From the IMG/VR virus record IMGVR_UViG_3300036398_003294, positions 1 through 64,000 of that record: a stretch of DNA of 64,000 nucleotides; one strand, given 5' to 3'. The DNA is from a virus. The translations under genes and the position numbers were made by a program. Below the pieces are notes generated by a model. It saw nothing but the letters and a program-made list of their open reading frames with translations. It was not told where the DNA came from and made no database searches. Below are positions 1-10,957 of this stretch, one piece after another (the stretch's first letter is position 1; each line of letters starts with the position of its first letter).

Positions 1-2
1 TA

Positions 3-911
3 AGTGGTGCAATGGTAGGTAGAATTACTTTGCACCATGCTAAAATGATTTCAAATAAAGGTTTAACTCTCAATGCAGATGTCTTGGCAATTAGAAGAGG
101 TGGTGTTATTCCCCACCTTGAAAAAGTTATTAAAGCTGGTGATCAAGCTATTGAAATTCCTGCTTGCTGTCCATTCTGTTCATCTGCTACTGAGATGAGA
201 GAAGATTTTCTATACTGCACTGCAAATTGTAGTTTATCTACAAAGGTATCTCACTTTATGGATAAGGTAGGTATTGAAGGTATAGGTAATGTATGGATTG
301 AAAAGTTAATAGAAGAAGGTTTAGTTAATAACTTTGCTGATCTTTATAGACTTAAAAGAGAAGATTTATTAAAGATTGAGAGTGTTGGTGAAACAAGAGC
401 AGATAATTGGTTATCTAGCATCACTAAAAGCACTAGATTGTCTTTAGATAAGTTTTTAGTAGGTTTAGGTATTGATAGCTTAGGTAGAAAGGCAAGTGAA
501 GTCTTAGCAAGTCAATTTAAGACTTTAGATGTGGTCTTAGGTTTAAAGACATCTGATATTGAAAAACTAGATGGCTTTGGCTCAATCACTGCTCAAGATA
601 TTGTCAATGGATTGAAAGCAAATGAAGGTCTTATTAATGATCTCTTGCAGTATATTCAAATTGATAATGGTAGTGAAAAGACAGGTATCTTTAAAGACAA
701 GTCATTCCTATTCACAGGTACATTGACTACCTTAAAGAGAAATGATGCAGAGGCAAAGGTTTTAGAGTTAGGTGGCAATGTTGCATCATCAGTAAGCAAG
801 AATTTGAGTTACCTAGTAGCTGGTGAAAAGGCAGGCAGTAAATTAGATAAGGCAAATGCACTTGGGATTAAAGTGATTTCAGAAGAGCAATTTTTAGAGA
901 TGTGTAAATAA
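3..911 (+). CDS. ligA: NAD-dependent DNA ligase, C-terminal part (5' end outside window)
   Basis: End of OB fold (RITLHH...RRGGVIP, cf. RATLHN...RAGDVIP), Zn finger CPFC..C..C, HhH repeats (IEGIG, LGIDSLG, LDGFG) and BRCT (FLFTGTL...LGG...SVSKNLSYLVAGEKAGSKLDKA). Frame is open to the window edge. Confidence 0.95.
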   Translation, partial: SGAMVGRITLHHAKMISNKGLTLNADVLAIRRGGVIPHLEKVIKAGDQAIEIPACCPFCSSATEMREDFLYCTANCSLSTKVSHFMDKVGIEGIGNVWIEKLIEEGLVNNFADLYRLKREDLLKIESVGETRADNWLSSITKSTRLSLDKFLVGLGIDSLGRKASEVLASQFKTLDVVLGLKTSDIEKLDGFGSITAQDIVNGLKANEGLINDLLQYIQIDNGSEKTGIFKDKSFLFTGTLTTLKRNDAEAKVLELGGNVASSVSKNLSYLVAGEKAGSKLDKANALGIKVISEEQFLEMCK

Positions 912-922
912 TTTTAAAAAAG

Positions 923-951
923 TTGCAATGAAAGCATTATGGTAAGTGTTT
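923..951 (+). promoter_or_regulatory. Conserved cassette motif, copy 1 (putative early promoter)
   Basis: TTGCAAT-gaaa-GC-attatgg-TAAGTGTTT with an upstream A-tract; 11 copies in window. Confidence 0.8.
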
Positions 952-980
952 TAGGTATGTAGCCAATGAAAGGAAACATT

Positions 981-1817
981 ATGGCAAGCAAAAAAGAAAT
1001 TTTAGAGTATTATCTCAATCAAGGAAACACTTGGATTGAAATCAATCCTTCTGTTAAAGGTCTTATCATTCCTAAATCATTTATTAAAAAAGGTCGTACT
1101 CGTATGACTTTAAATCCAAATGAAACCATTTTAAATGATGCAGGACTAGAAACTAAGTTGGTCTTTAAAGAAGAAACACATGAAGTCAAAATTCCATATT
1201 CATCAATTTATCTAGCAACCTTAGAAGATGATGATTCTTATGAATTTGCAATATCATTTATGGATTGTTTTCCACAAGTGATTAGAGATTTTTTCTCTGA
1301 GGAAGATTATGAAACTTTACATACTCATTATGAGTATATCCTACACAAGATTTTAAACAACATTCCACTAAAGGAAAATTCCACTATGGATAGAAAACAA
1401 ATCCTATTAGATCATTTAGCAATTGCAAAAACCATGATTGCTCTTGATCCAACAGTAAAAGGTGTTAAGTTGCCAAAGCATTTAATGGATGCAGATACTG
1501 TGAAATTAAATCTCTCAAATACAAGTGCATATCCAATGCAATTTAAAGAAGATAAAGTAGTCACTACCTTGACTTTTGGTGGTGTTCCTTTTGAATGTCA
1601 TATTCCATATATGTCAATCTTTGCAGTAATGATTGCAGGCACTTCACCTGATGAAGCAGTTGTTTTTGATGATTCAGTTCCACCAACAATGGAAAAAATA
1701 TCTCATTTTGAAAACAATAATCATGATGCAATGAAATTTATGGCTGAATTAGAAAAACAATTTGATAGAGATGATATTGTGATTGGAAATATTGAAGGAA
1801 CTAATAAACCTCAATGA
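981..1817 (+). CDS. Protein with two tandem SspB-like (ClpXP adaptor) domains
   Basis: Two copies of the pattern I.[IL][ND]P.VKG...PK...[LF]...[VC].IPY.SI; RBS AAGGA before ATG 981 and a second AAGGA before in-frame ATG 1386. Confidence 0.7.
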   Translation: MASKKEILEYYLNQGNTWIEINPSVKGLIIPKSFIKKGRTRMTLNPNETILNDAGLETKLVFKEETHEVKIPYSSIYLATLEDDDSYEFAISFMDCFPQVIRDFFSEEDYETLHTHYEYILHKILNNIPLKENSTMDRKQILLDHLAIAKTMIALDPTVKGVKLPKHLMDADTVKLNLSNTSAYPMQFKEDKVVTTLTFGGVPFECHIPYMSIFAVMIAGTSPDEAVVFDDSVPPTMEKISHFENNNHDAMKFMAELEKQFDRDDIVIGNIEGTNKPQ

Positions 1818-1818
1818 C

Positions 1819-2580
1819 TTATTTTAAATTTTCCAACTTTTCTTTATATTCCATATAGAGATCGGTAAGATACATAGATAAATCATTTTCAGTGGGGGCA
1901 ATATTTTTTAAAAATATTGAATTATTGTCTTCTCTATATCTTAAATCATCTAAAGCTACAATTAAAGAAGATATGAGATGTTGGATTTCAATGGTTGGAA
2001 GTCTTTTTTGTGTAAGCAAATATAAAATCTGTACTAACACATCTTTCAATCGTAAAGCCACTCTTCTATCTGCCTTGTTCCTATCTGAATCTAAAAGAAC
2101 TTGTAAATCTGTTGAAAAGAAAGACATCAATTTTAAATCTCCCCATTCAAAAGCACTCCCACCCATATAACTTACTTTTTCTCTCATTTCGAGATACTTT
2201 TTAACCCAAATAGGTTTTTCTAAATCAAGAGAGCTGAATGCTAAATCATGATTTTTAACGACTTCCCTCATTTCTTTCACAGCCTCATCAAATCCGTAGT
2301 GATATTTTCCTAAATTTTTATCTAAAGTTAATACAGGCAAAATTGTGGGTCCACTATTAATACTAGATTCTGAAGAAAAGACAGGCATTAATCCTTCCTT
2401 TACGGCAATATCATCTATAATTTCTTTTTGTCTATCACTTAATTTTCTACCTGCTAGAAATTGCTGATATACACTCTGAACAAAGGATGTCTTGTTCTTA
2501 GATGCTAATAATTGAAAAATTGCAGATGGATTTGCTTTTTTTAAATATAAAGAGGCTACTTTTCTGGGTGTAGTTTTCAT
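1819..2580 (-). CDS. Hypothetical protein, possible internal virion protein
   Basis: 253-aa ORF with RBS AAGG; N-terminal RKVASLYLKKA; F..S..QQ..AGRKLSDRQ motif shared with the 21838 and 22257 genes. Confidence 0.7.
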   Translation of the reverse strand: MKTTPRKVASLYLKKANPSAIFQLLASKNKTSFVQSVYQQFLAGRKLSDRQKEIIDDIAVKEGLMPVFSSESSINSGPTILPVLTLDKNLGKYHYGFDEAVKEMREVVKNHDLAFSSLDLEKPIWVKKYLEMREKVSYMGGSAFEWGDLKLMSFFSTDLQVLLDSDRNKADRRVALRLKDVLVQILYLLTQKRLPTIEIQHLISSLIVALDDLRYREDNNSIFLKNIAPTENDLSMYLTDLYMEYKEKLENLK

Positions 2581-2648
2581 AATAAGGCTTTCCTTTCTTA
2601 TTGTTTTTTTAATATTAATAAGACTTATAATAAAATCATTATTATAAA

Positions 2649-5600
2649 TTAAACTTGATATGGTGCTGGACTAATCGTTAAATTAGGTTTCTGAATTTTA
2701 TTCTTAATGACAGGTCTTCCTTTAATATTAAATCTATCTGCACTTGCATAACCTTCACCATATCCACTTGGTGAAATACTGCCTTGTAAAGTAATAGGCT
2801 GATTCACATCTGATCTGTAAATCGCTTGTGTAATGATAACTAATTGCAATTCACTTCCATAAGATACTTCATCATCTGTAGTAAAAGCATTTTCATCAAA
2901 GTTCTGAACGAGCATAGCTTTACAAGCTAAAACACCACCTTTAAGAACAGGTTGAACACTTATAGGAAAGCTATTAACAACATAAGAAACAGCACCACCT
3001 TTAACTTTACCTGATGCACCAAATAAAACAGCACCACGATGAGTTCTATATGTTTTAGTGCCTGATGGACTAAGATCAGTGAAAGCAATATATGTATCAT
3101 TTACTGCTTCACTCATAATAAGTGCATCACCTGCTACACCATTTACTTTTGAATAAACAAGACCATTGCTACTGATAGGCAAGGAAATGTTAGCAGTCTT
3201 TAAGCTACTTAAGGATGCTTGTAGATAACTTGATCCATCATTAAGAATATCTTCACCTAAGAAGTCATAATCATTCACAAGTAAACCTAAAGGCAGTCTT
3301 GAAGTAAGACCAATTAAAGATGGATCAAGACTACCATTACCAGCATTATTTTGAATACCTGTACCACCTTTTAAGAAAATCTTAGTATTAGCTTGTCCCC
3401 ATTGACTAAAATAGATTTCGGAATATTTGATGTCTAATAAAGTGTAGTAAAAAAAGTTATCTGTAGTAGCACCTGTAACATAATTGAAAGTGATTGAAAC
3501 TGAACATCTATTGCCAATAGTTCCTTTTTCAGTATAGATAATTTGAAGTATATTAAAATTATCATTTGATTCATCTACTGAAGAAACATGGTAGTTGGTC
3601 AAGCTACCAATTGCACTAATAATACTTACTTTCAAACCACCATCTGTTGTATCACTTGTAATTGGGATTGTACGAGAAACAGTATCATCTAAAATAGGAT
3701 CATAAATAGAGATTGTGCATAAATTCACATTTAAAATGCCACTATTCACAATTTTATTTTTTGAGAAAACTAAATAACCATTTGCATTTGTCAATCCTAT
3801 TTCACTTTCATTAAATGCTTTAGCTTTTACATGAATCAATTCTTGGTTTAATGCAGTAGGTGGTGTATGTGTAGATTCATATCCAACATCTGTTACTGTA
3901 TTTTCATAAAGAGTTCCACCTATATTGCCTGTACCTAATGTCAAATAAAAATCCATAGATGCAAGCACAGCAAATGCTCTTGGATTAGTAATTGTAATAG
4001 CTGATGAACCATCTGTATTAAATTGTTTTCTTGTAAGTCCACCATAATAATGATCGTTTGGATTAAGTTGTCCATGTCTAATAACTTCATCATTATAATT
4101 TGCAACTGATCCACCTCTTGTATGATACACATCACCTTGATATGCAGTTCTTGAATATTCTACAAAGAGTTCATCTGCTGATCCAAAAGGTGAAGGGATG
4201 ACAACATCTACATTTTGTAATTCAGTTGGTAAAGTAGTGAGATTTACATTCTCAACACCAGCACCATCATATTTACGAATGAGAATAAATCCATTCTTAT
4301 TAATAAATCCATTAGCAAAGCCAAAGACACTGCATTCTACTACATAATCAAAATCTGCAAATTCATCACCTGCAACATAAGTAGGAATTTTACGAATATC
4401 AATAGAATGTTCTGTTAGGATATAAGTATGACTGCCTGTTGTATCTGCTACATCTCTTGCACCATCTTGTCTAATGAACATAGTGTATTTAGTAGCATCT
4501 GTTCTTAATAAGTTAATAGGAGGATTAGCAATAGGAGTAACACGATCAGATTCATGTCCACCTGCTACTGAAGATCCTACTTTGGCAAGATAATCTGTTT
4601 TTTCATAGACACCATAAACACGAGCAAAGCCATGATAAGGAGGCAATTCAATACCATTTAAAATATTACCAAAGTCTGTACTTGGTACTTCAAGAGAAAC
4701 CTTTCTAGCACCTAAAGATGGATGACCTGTAGTAATATCATCACTTGTACCATAATTAATAGCAGTGTAGAAAAGCATAGGCTCAACACCTGCACTACCT
4801 TCATTGCTATCACCACCAATGATATTATAGACATCATCTGTATTTGTATTAGTGTCAATAAAGAGATGATGCAAACCATTTAAGAAAGGATCACCTAATC
4901 CTGTATTTGTATGGAAAGGGATGTCTTGTCTACCAAATTTAGGTAGGTGCATAGGTGGAAATTCAAAATAATCTTGAGGCAAACCTGTACCCGTGAAAAT
5001 GCCTGCACCATCTTTAGCTGTGATACCGTCTTGATAGAATTGACTTAAAAGCAAGTCAGTGTTTGCATTTGCACGGAAGGATTGTAATAAAAGATTATGT
5101 TGTTTAAAAGGTCTAAGGACAAGAGTTTTAGAATTTGGATCAGTAAAGATTTCATTATTGCGATCAATATCTGCACCACCAATGATTTTGCCACCGAAGT
5201 CATTTAGGTTGCCTGTTGGACTTGGGTCAGCATTTTTAGATCTTAAAGCATTCCATAATTGAATATGAGTATTAGCATCATATTTAACAAGGTCTGTTTC
5301 AAAAATAGTTTGAGCAGGATCAAGATCACTGATAGCATTTCTAAGATAAGCTGTGTTTTTATTTCTTAAAGAAACATTAAAGATTTGATCAGGTGTGCGA
5401 GCAAGACCACTGTGACCGGGTGCATATTGTAGAGTAGCATTAATTAAAAGTTTAGATGTAGAGTATGGAAAACCATTATCATCCAAATCCTCAAAAGTAT
5501 ATGTAGAGTCACTTGAAAGGGAATTGAGAACAATACATAAAGAAGGATCTGTGGAAGTAGTACCATCAAAAGCTAAAGTTCTTTTAGTTCGGATTTCAAG

Positions 5601-7841
5601 AGTTAAAGTGTTTCCATTAGGATCATTTAAAAAGAAGTCACCACCTGAAGTAGCACTTTCTAAAGGACGAATACGAATGGAATTGTTATTAGTTGCTGGA
5701 TTTTTAGTCAAAGAAGAATTACCAAAGCCAACAATTTGAAAAACAGCATTATTTCCCAATCGATTAGGATTGCCATAAATAATAGCATATAGTTCAGAAC
5801 TATATCCTGTAGCATCTTTTCCATTTGCAGTGATAAGATTTTCAATAGTTTCTGTTTGTAAAACTTTGGTTGAACCTAAAATGAAACTAGATAAGTCATA
5901 TCCTAAATTTACATTATAGTGGTTTTTAAGAATATCAATATCTAATCTAGTATCGGACATTTCTATTTTGCCAAGTAAAATAGAATTTGGTGTAATCCCT
6001 GTGAATTTCAAATTTGGATGTATAAGACCACCAAAAACATTCATAGGATAAAAAATACCTGTTGCACCAATTTTTTGATCCTTTAGAAGTTTAACTGGTG
6101 TAGTATATCCTAGATCATTAATAAAATATAACTTTAAACAATCAACATCATCAGTTTCCCATGGGGATAAGAAACGAACGGCTTTTTGATCATTCTTAAA
6201 ACCTTTCCTAGCACCACTCACACCATCAAGACCACCTAAGTTTAAGAAAATGACTGCACCACTACACCATGCTTGTTGTGGACTTCCACTTACTGTAACA
6301 TTTGGCATAAAACCTGTTGGTTTTAAATCTGCACTGATAGTCCAATTGTCTGTTAAGCCACTATCAAAATAACCAACAGTAGTACCATCTGTATTTAAAG
6401 CTGTTGTAGGATCAATAATAATATTTACATTTTTCTCAACGACTGCACTATCTGACCATACTGTTCTAATACCATTTGGTGCATCTAAAATTTCAGTATA
6501 TGGTCTTGAAGTATTAGGATCACCAATGACATCTACTTGAGCCAAAGTGATACCTTTACTGTCACTGCCTGTTGCACTTGATTTCCAAGCTGTTCTTAAA
6601 TTATTTGTGATCAAGTCATTTACTGCATTTTGAAGTAATTGGGAATAGTCAAATCCTGTTAAAGAAATGCTATTCATCAAATCTAAAATATCTTCTTCAT
6701 GAATTTGATCTGCATATAAACCATCAGGTCTTGGATTATATAAACTTACTTGTGTTGTGGATAGATGAGATTTAGCCTCTGTGCCTAATTGACCACGAAC
6801 AATAACGACTGCACCTGTACCTACATTCACATTAGAAATAAGAACGATTTCTTTATTAATACCTGTGTTTAAGACTAGATAATCACCAACAGAAGTACCT
6901 TCATCTAAACCACTGCCTACGATAGAACTACCTAAATTTAAAGTAGTAGCAGATGAAGTTAAGTTTGCACTTAAAACAGCTTGAGTTAAAGTTTTAGGTG
7001 TAGATGATGATCTTAAAGATGCACCATTATGTGTAGGTGATGCACCATTAAGAACAGCAACATAAGAAGAAGTATTTCTTCTAAAAACTGCACAAATAGG
7101 AATAGCATAAGAATAATTATCTACAGATTCAAAATCAACAGATGTGGCTTTCCAACAGGATGGATCACCTTCACTTGCCATATTAGTATATACAGCACTT
7201 GTTACAGGATTAATAGAATTGCCTTGACCAAAAACAGAAGGATCACCTAAACCTTGTGGATAAGTGTCAATATCAATATTAGTTTCTACTCTTAAACGAT
7301 ATTGGATTTGAACTCGTTTAGTGGTTTCAAATCCTATGTCATTATCAATAAGATCATCCGTGATATTAGTACCACCGAATTGAGTATTGCCATATTTATA
7401 GAAAGTGACAGCACTTGGTTTATAATCTGTAGATGGATTTGGACTAACTAAAGACCTCCAAACTTCTAAGAAAACAAGATCAACACGATTGCCTGTGGCT
7501 GGTGGTGCAGACAGTTTAATAATGTTAGAGGTTTCGCTATTAGTATTACATCCACGAATGCGAATAGGCATACCATTAACAATAGCATCGATAGCATTAA
7601 GTCTAAACTGATTGCTATCTAAAGGATTACATTCAAAATCAATCGCACTAATAGGATCAGCAAGAAAACCACTTGGTGTGGTTTGTTTAATAGCATCGAT
7701 TAAAGAATCATTGGCAAGTTGACCAACAAAGTTTAATTCGGAATCCAAAGGTGGTTTGCCTGATTGCCAAATGAGATGTGTGAATTTAGTGTTTTGGTTG
7801 TTAAGAACCCTACTGACTTCAGTTCCAAAATTATCAGCCAT
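2649..7841 (-). CDS. Large tail/baseplate-associated structural protein (1730 aa)
   Basis: N-terminal WQSGKPPLDSELN resembles DUF4815/DUF6519-type starts; paralogous blocks with 10958..13852; lies in baseplate operon. Confidence 0.7.
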   Translation of the reverse strand: MADNFGTEVSRVLNNQNTKFTHLIWQSGKPPLDSELNFVGQLANDSLIDAIKQTTPSGFLADPISAIDFECNPLDSNQFRLNAIDAIVNGMPIRIRGCNTNSETSNIIKLSAPPATGNRVDLVFLEVWRSLVSPNPSTDYKPSAVTFYKYGNTQFGGTNITDDLIDNDIGFETTKRVQIQYRLRVETNIDIDTYPQGLGDPSVFGQGNSINPVTSAVYTNMASEGDPSCWKATSVDFESVDNYSYAIPICAVFRRNTSSYVAVLNGASPTHNGASLRSSSTPKTLTQAVLSANLTSSATTLNLGSSIVGSGLDEGTSVGDYLVLNTGINKEIVLISNVNVGTGAVVIVRGQLGTEAKSHLSTTQVSLYNPRPDGLYADQIHEEDILDLMNSISLTGFDYSQLLQNAVNDLITNNLRTAWKSSATGSDSKGITLAQVDVIGDPNTSRPYTEILDAPNGIRTVWSDSAVVEKNVNIIIDPTTALNTDGTTVGYFDSGLTDNWTISADLKPTGFMPNVTVSGSPQQAWCSGAVIFLNLGGLDGVSGARKGFKNDQKAVRFLSPWETDDVDCLKLYFINDLGYTTPVKLLKDQKIGATGIFYPMNVFGGLIHPNLKFTGITPNSILLGKIEMSDTRLDIDILKNHYNVNLGYDLSSFILGSTKVLQTETIENLITANGKDATGYSSELYAIIYGNPNRLGNNAVFQIVGFGNSSLTKNPATNNNSIRIRPLESATSGGDFFLNDPNGNTLTLEIRTKRTLAFDGTTSTDPSLCIVLNSLSSDSTYTFEDLDDNGFPYSTSKLLINATLQYAPGHSGLARTPDQIFNVSLRNKNTAYLRNAISDLDPAQTIFETDLVKYDANTHIQLWNALRSKNADPSPTGNLNDFGGKIIGGADIDRNNEIFTDPNSKTLVLRPFKQHNLLLQSFRANANTDLLLSQFYQDGITAKDGAGIFTGTGLPQDYFEFPPMHLPKFGRQDIPFHTNTGLGDPFLNGLHHLFIDTNTNTDDVYNIIGGDSNEGSAGVEPMLFYTAINYGTSDDITTGHPSLGARKVSLEVPSTDFGNILNGIELPPYHGFARVYGVYEKTDYLAKVGSSVAGGHESDRVTPIANPPINLLRTDATKYTMFIRQDGARDVADTTGSHTYILTEHSIDIRKIPTYVAGDEFADFDYVVECSVFGFANGFINKNGFILIRKYDGAGVENVNLTTLPTELQNVDVVIPSPFGSADELFVEYSRTAYQGDVYHTRGGSVANYNDEVIRHGQLNPNDHYYGGLTRKQFNTDGSSAITITNPRAFAVLASMDFYLTLGTGNIGGTLYENTVTDVGYESTHTPPTALNQELIHVKAKAFNESEIGLTNANGYLVFSKNKIVNSGILNVNLCTISIYDPILDDTVSRTIPITSDTTDGGLKVSIISAIGSLTNYHVSSVDESNDNFNILQIIYTEKGTIGNRCSVSITFNYVTGATTDNFFYYTLLDIKYSEIYFSQWGQANTKIFLKGGTGIQNNAGNGSLDPSLIGLTSRLPLGLLVNDYDFLGEDILNDGSSYLQASLSSLKTANISLPISSNGLVYSKVNGVAGDALIMSEAVNDTYIAFTDLSPSGTKTYRTHRGAVLFGASGKVKGGAVSYVVNSFPISVQPVLKGGVLACKAMLVQNFDENAFTTDDEVSYGSELQLVIITQAIYRSDVNQPITLQGSISPSGYGEGYASADRFNIKGRPVIKNKIQKPNLTISPAPYQV

Positions 7842-7853
7842 GTTAATAATCTC

Positions 7854-8492
7854 CTAGTATAGTATAGCATATCCTAATAAGTGTATTTTATTTAATGAAT
7901 TATTGACAAAAGCTAGTCTTAGAGTTGTGGATGCACTCGGAAAACTCACAGGTGTCAAATAATTTGCCTCTGTATAAGATACACCATCATCATTAGAAAT
8001 ATACACTTGAATCTCACTTGGATCTAAAATTTGATATGTCATTGTACTTGGTACATTTGCATTTATAGACTGCTCTTGACCATAACTGACAGTAGCTACT
8101 TTCCAATAGACAAGGAATTTATCTTTACTTGTAGTAGTGATTGTATCTGTGATTAAGACACCATAGGCATTTGTGTTTTCATTTTTAGGTAGGATTGCAC
8201 AATGGTTGGGATTACTGCCTAATTGGCATCTTGAGATAGAAGAGATAAAGACTGCACTACCATCAAAATCAGATTGGACAGGTAAAGTTTTAAAAGTGAT
8301 GCCTGTGTAATCAGGATAAAGAGCAAGAAAGCTGTCTTGAATATCAGATTGGATAGTACCAATATCATTAGGTGATAAAGAAACCTTAGTAGTTTCAGGT
8401 TCATCTAAAAGATATTTACCATTCATGTCTGTGATAGTAAGTTCGCTTGATCTTTGAATGACAGAGTTATTTTTTCTGTTTACGATTATCAT
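7854..8492 (-). CDS. Putative tail structural protein
   Basis: 212-aa ORF in tail operon; VYISNDDGVSY Asp-box-like motif and beta-rich C-terminus. Confidence 0.55.
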   Translation of the reverse strand: MIIVNRKNNSVIQRSSELTITDMNGKYLLDEPETTKVSLSPNDIGTIQSDIQDSFLALYPDYTGITFKTLPVQSDFDGSAVFISSISRCQLGSNPNHCAILPKNENTNAYGVLITDTITTTSKDKFLVYWKVATVSYGQEQSINANVPSTMTYQILDPSEIQVYISNDDGVSYTEANYLTPVSFPSASTTLRLAFVNNSLNKIHLLGYAILY

Positions 8493-8512
8493 TTTATTTA
8501 AATCCTTATTTC

Positions 8513-10951
8513 TTAGTTAATTTGAACAGCACCATAAATACTAGACACCCACCAACCTGTAGAATACCAATAAAGAGTGATGGCTTCATTTTGATCTAAT
8601 TTTATTGTGTGTGTATTATCACCATCGATATAAATAGGATCGACTATTTTTTGAGTATTGCCTACATTTTTAATGTGTACAGTAGTACCATTAATAGTAG
8701 CATTAGGCAAAGTAACAGTATATCCTACACCATTACCTTCTAAATGGAAAATTGCACCTGATGCTAAATTTAATGTGCCTGCTGTAGTAACGACTACAAC
8801 TTTTTGAATAAAAGTAGAATTAAAGGTAGCGATACCTTCAAAAGTAGCAATAGAATTTACTACAGTCACATCACTAGTAGCATTATTGCCTATATACACA
8901 TCAGATAATAAAGAAACAGAATTTTGAAAATCCGTATTACCAATGACATTAAGACCTGAAGAGATTTCCCATCTATTATTAGATTCATCCCACTTGATAT
9001 AGCTATTAGTATCAGTACCTCTTTCTACTTCAATAGCTATAACATCAGCTTCTTGACCTACTCCTGTTCTATCTGCATTTAATAAAATAGCTGGTGTTGT
9101 AGATGGGGTGGATGGCTTTTCAATCTTTAATTGACTATCCGTGTTTAGATATAGACCATAATTAAAATCCCATCTATCATTAGTTTCATCCCATTTAATG
9201 TTAGATGAGATTTCTTCTCCTCGATTTACCGATAAAGCAATCACACTTGATTCTTCCCCGGGTCCACTTCGATCAGCATTTAATAGGATAGCTGGTGTTG
9301 TAGATAGAGAAGGCATATTAGTGCTGATTTGACCATTTGCAAAAACATCTCCTCCACCTGTAATTGTGAAAGAATTGTTAAGTGATGTGTTTTTTACATA
9401 TAAAACAATATCTTCATTTTCATATCCACCAGAATAATTAAAAGTTCCTACCTCAGCTTGAATATCAGAAGTTTTTAATTGTTCTGTAGATACTGTGTTT
9501 GATAAGAACCACCAATTATAAGTTTCATCCCATTTAATTTGAGCATTAGTTAAAGTACCTCGTTCTACTTCAAGGCAAATAATATCAGCTTCTTGACTAG
9601 CACCTGTTCTATCACTATTAAATAAGATGGCAGAAGTAGTAGCAGTATTTGTAGGCTTTTTAAATTTAATTTGCTGATCTGTGTCTATTGTCAAATGACC
9701 TGAAATATTTGTGGTGTAGAAATTACTTGTACCATAAGTAGCATCTATATTTGCCAAAAATTGAGCAGTTGCACCCGTACCACCCAACATTAAATTTCCA
9801 CTATTATTAACATAAAAATAAGGATAAGCTAAACCTGTTTTTTGGATTTGGAAAGTTCTAGTAGTACCACTTGCCCAATTGATCTGAACATTATTACCTA
9901 ATGTTGTAGCACCTGTAACACCTAATGTGGAAGAAAAAGAACCTGTGGTGGCAGTCAATGCTCCCATATTTAATGCTGTTGGTGTTTGAGATAAAGAATG
10001 AAGATTTGTTGAAGTGGCAGTTGCACCTGTAACAAGAGCAAGATCAAAACGATTATTATAAAGACTATTCCAATAAAAAACAGGTTTTGGATCTACTGAC
10101 TTTGAGAATAAAAATCCCATATCTACAGATAAAGTACCATTTCTATTTAATTCAATGATCGTATCTTCTACACTTAAATTTGTTGTGTTGATTGTAGTAG
10201 TAGTACCATTGACTGTTAAATCACCTGCAATTATAACATCACCATCTATAGAAGTTGAACCATCACTTGAATCAATAGAAAAAACTACTGAAGGGGTTTC
10301 ACTATCTGCTTTATTAGAAATAGATGATCCTGCTAAAAGTGTTTCTCTAGTCCATGCACTACTATCTAAAACAATTTTCCATGTAACATCATTACCTTCA
10401 TCATTCGTGTTTGGCAATAAATTAATATAACTAAATCCTTCAGCACTATCACTTGCTGAGATATATGCTTGAAAATCTAAATTTAAAGTATCATTTGCTG
10501 TGAATATACAGATATAATATGTATACAAGGGATCAAAAACTAAAGAAGCATTATATGTAGGTGGTGTTGTATTTGCATAAGGATTTCCTAAACCAAGACC
10601 TGATCTATATCTTGAATAAGAAACATTAGGAATCCCATCCCCCGGCGATCCCACAAATAAAGATAATGTGTTTCCTATCAAAGTTAATGGGATTACTTCT
10701 CTAGTAGCACCACCATCATTCGTTCTGAAAACATAAATATATTCAAAATCTTGAAAAGAATCACTATCAAATTTGACATACAAGTATGCTAAAGGTGCAT
10801 CTTTTTTTTGATTATACACTTGAACATCACCATAAATATTTGCATATCCTGTGATGTCTTTATTGCCTTTGTCTTGAACATAAATGACATTATTTACATT
10901 TTTATTAATGCCACTACCTGCACTGCCACCTGTAAATGAACTTGTAGGCAT
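8513..10951 (-). CDS. Tail fibre-like protein with three internal repeats
   Basis: GDLTVNGTTTTINTTNLSVEDTIIELN fibre motif; three copies of AIL.N.DR.G..E..I...V.RG.....IKWDE...W. Confidence 0.7.
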   Translation of the reverse strand: MPTSSFTGGSAGSGINKNVNNVIYVQDKGNKDITGYANIYGDVQVYNQKKDAPLAYLYVKFDSDSFQDFEYIYVFRTNDGGATREVIPLTLIGNTLSLFVGSPGDGIPNVSYSRYRSGLGLGNPYANTTPPTYNASLVFDPLYTYYICIFTANDTLNLDFQAYISASDSAEGFSYINLLPNTNDEGNDVTWKIVLDSSAWTRETLLAGSSISNKADSETPSVVFSIDSSDGSTSIDGDVIIAGDLTVNGTTTTINTTNLSVEDTIIELNRNGTLSVDMGFLFSKSVDPKPVFYWNSLYNNRFDLALVTGATATSTNLHSLSQTPTALNMGALTATTGSFSSTLGVTGATTLGNNVQINWASGTTRTFQIQKTGLAYPYFYVNNSGNLMLGGTGATAQFLANIDATYGTSNFYTTNISGHLTIDTDQQIKFKKPTNTATTSAILFNSDRTGASQEADIICLEVERGTLTNAQIKWDETYNWWFLSNTVSTEQLKTSDIQAEVGTFNYSGGYENEDIVLYVKNTSLNNSFTITGGGDVFANGQISTNMPSLSTTPAILLNADRSGPGEESSVIALSVNRGEEISSNIKWDETNDRWDFNYGLYLNTDSQLKIEKPSTPSTTPAILLNADRTGVGQEADVIAIEVERGTDTNSYIKWDESNNRWEISSGLNVIGNTDFQNSVSLLSDVYIGNNATSDVTVVNSIATFEGIATFNSTFIQKVVVVTTAGTLNLASGAIFHLEGNGVGYTVTLPNATINGTTVHIKNVGNTQKIVDPIYIDGDNTHTIKLDQNEAITLYWYSTGWWVSSIYGAVQIN
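8965..9670 (-). repeat. Three ~50-aa coding repeats in the tail fibre
   Basis: TTSAILFNSDRTG..., TTPAILLNADRSG..., TTPAILLNADRTG..., each ending IKWDE..N.W; boundaries approximate. Confidence 0.85.
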
Positions 10952-10957
10952 TTTTCT

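Noticed and set aside
923-951. Reading the cassette motif as a canonical sigma70 or sigma54 promoter
   Set aside because: No TATAAT-like hexamer 16-18 bp after TTGCAA, and no GG-N10-GC arrangement
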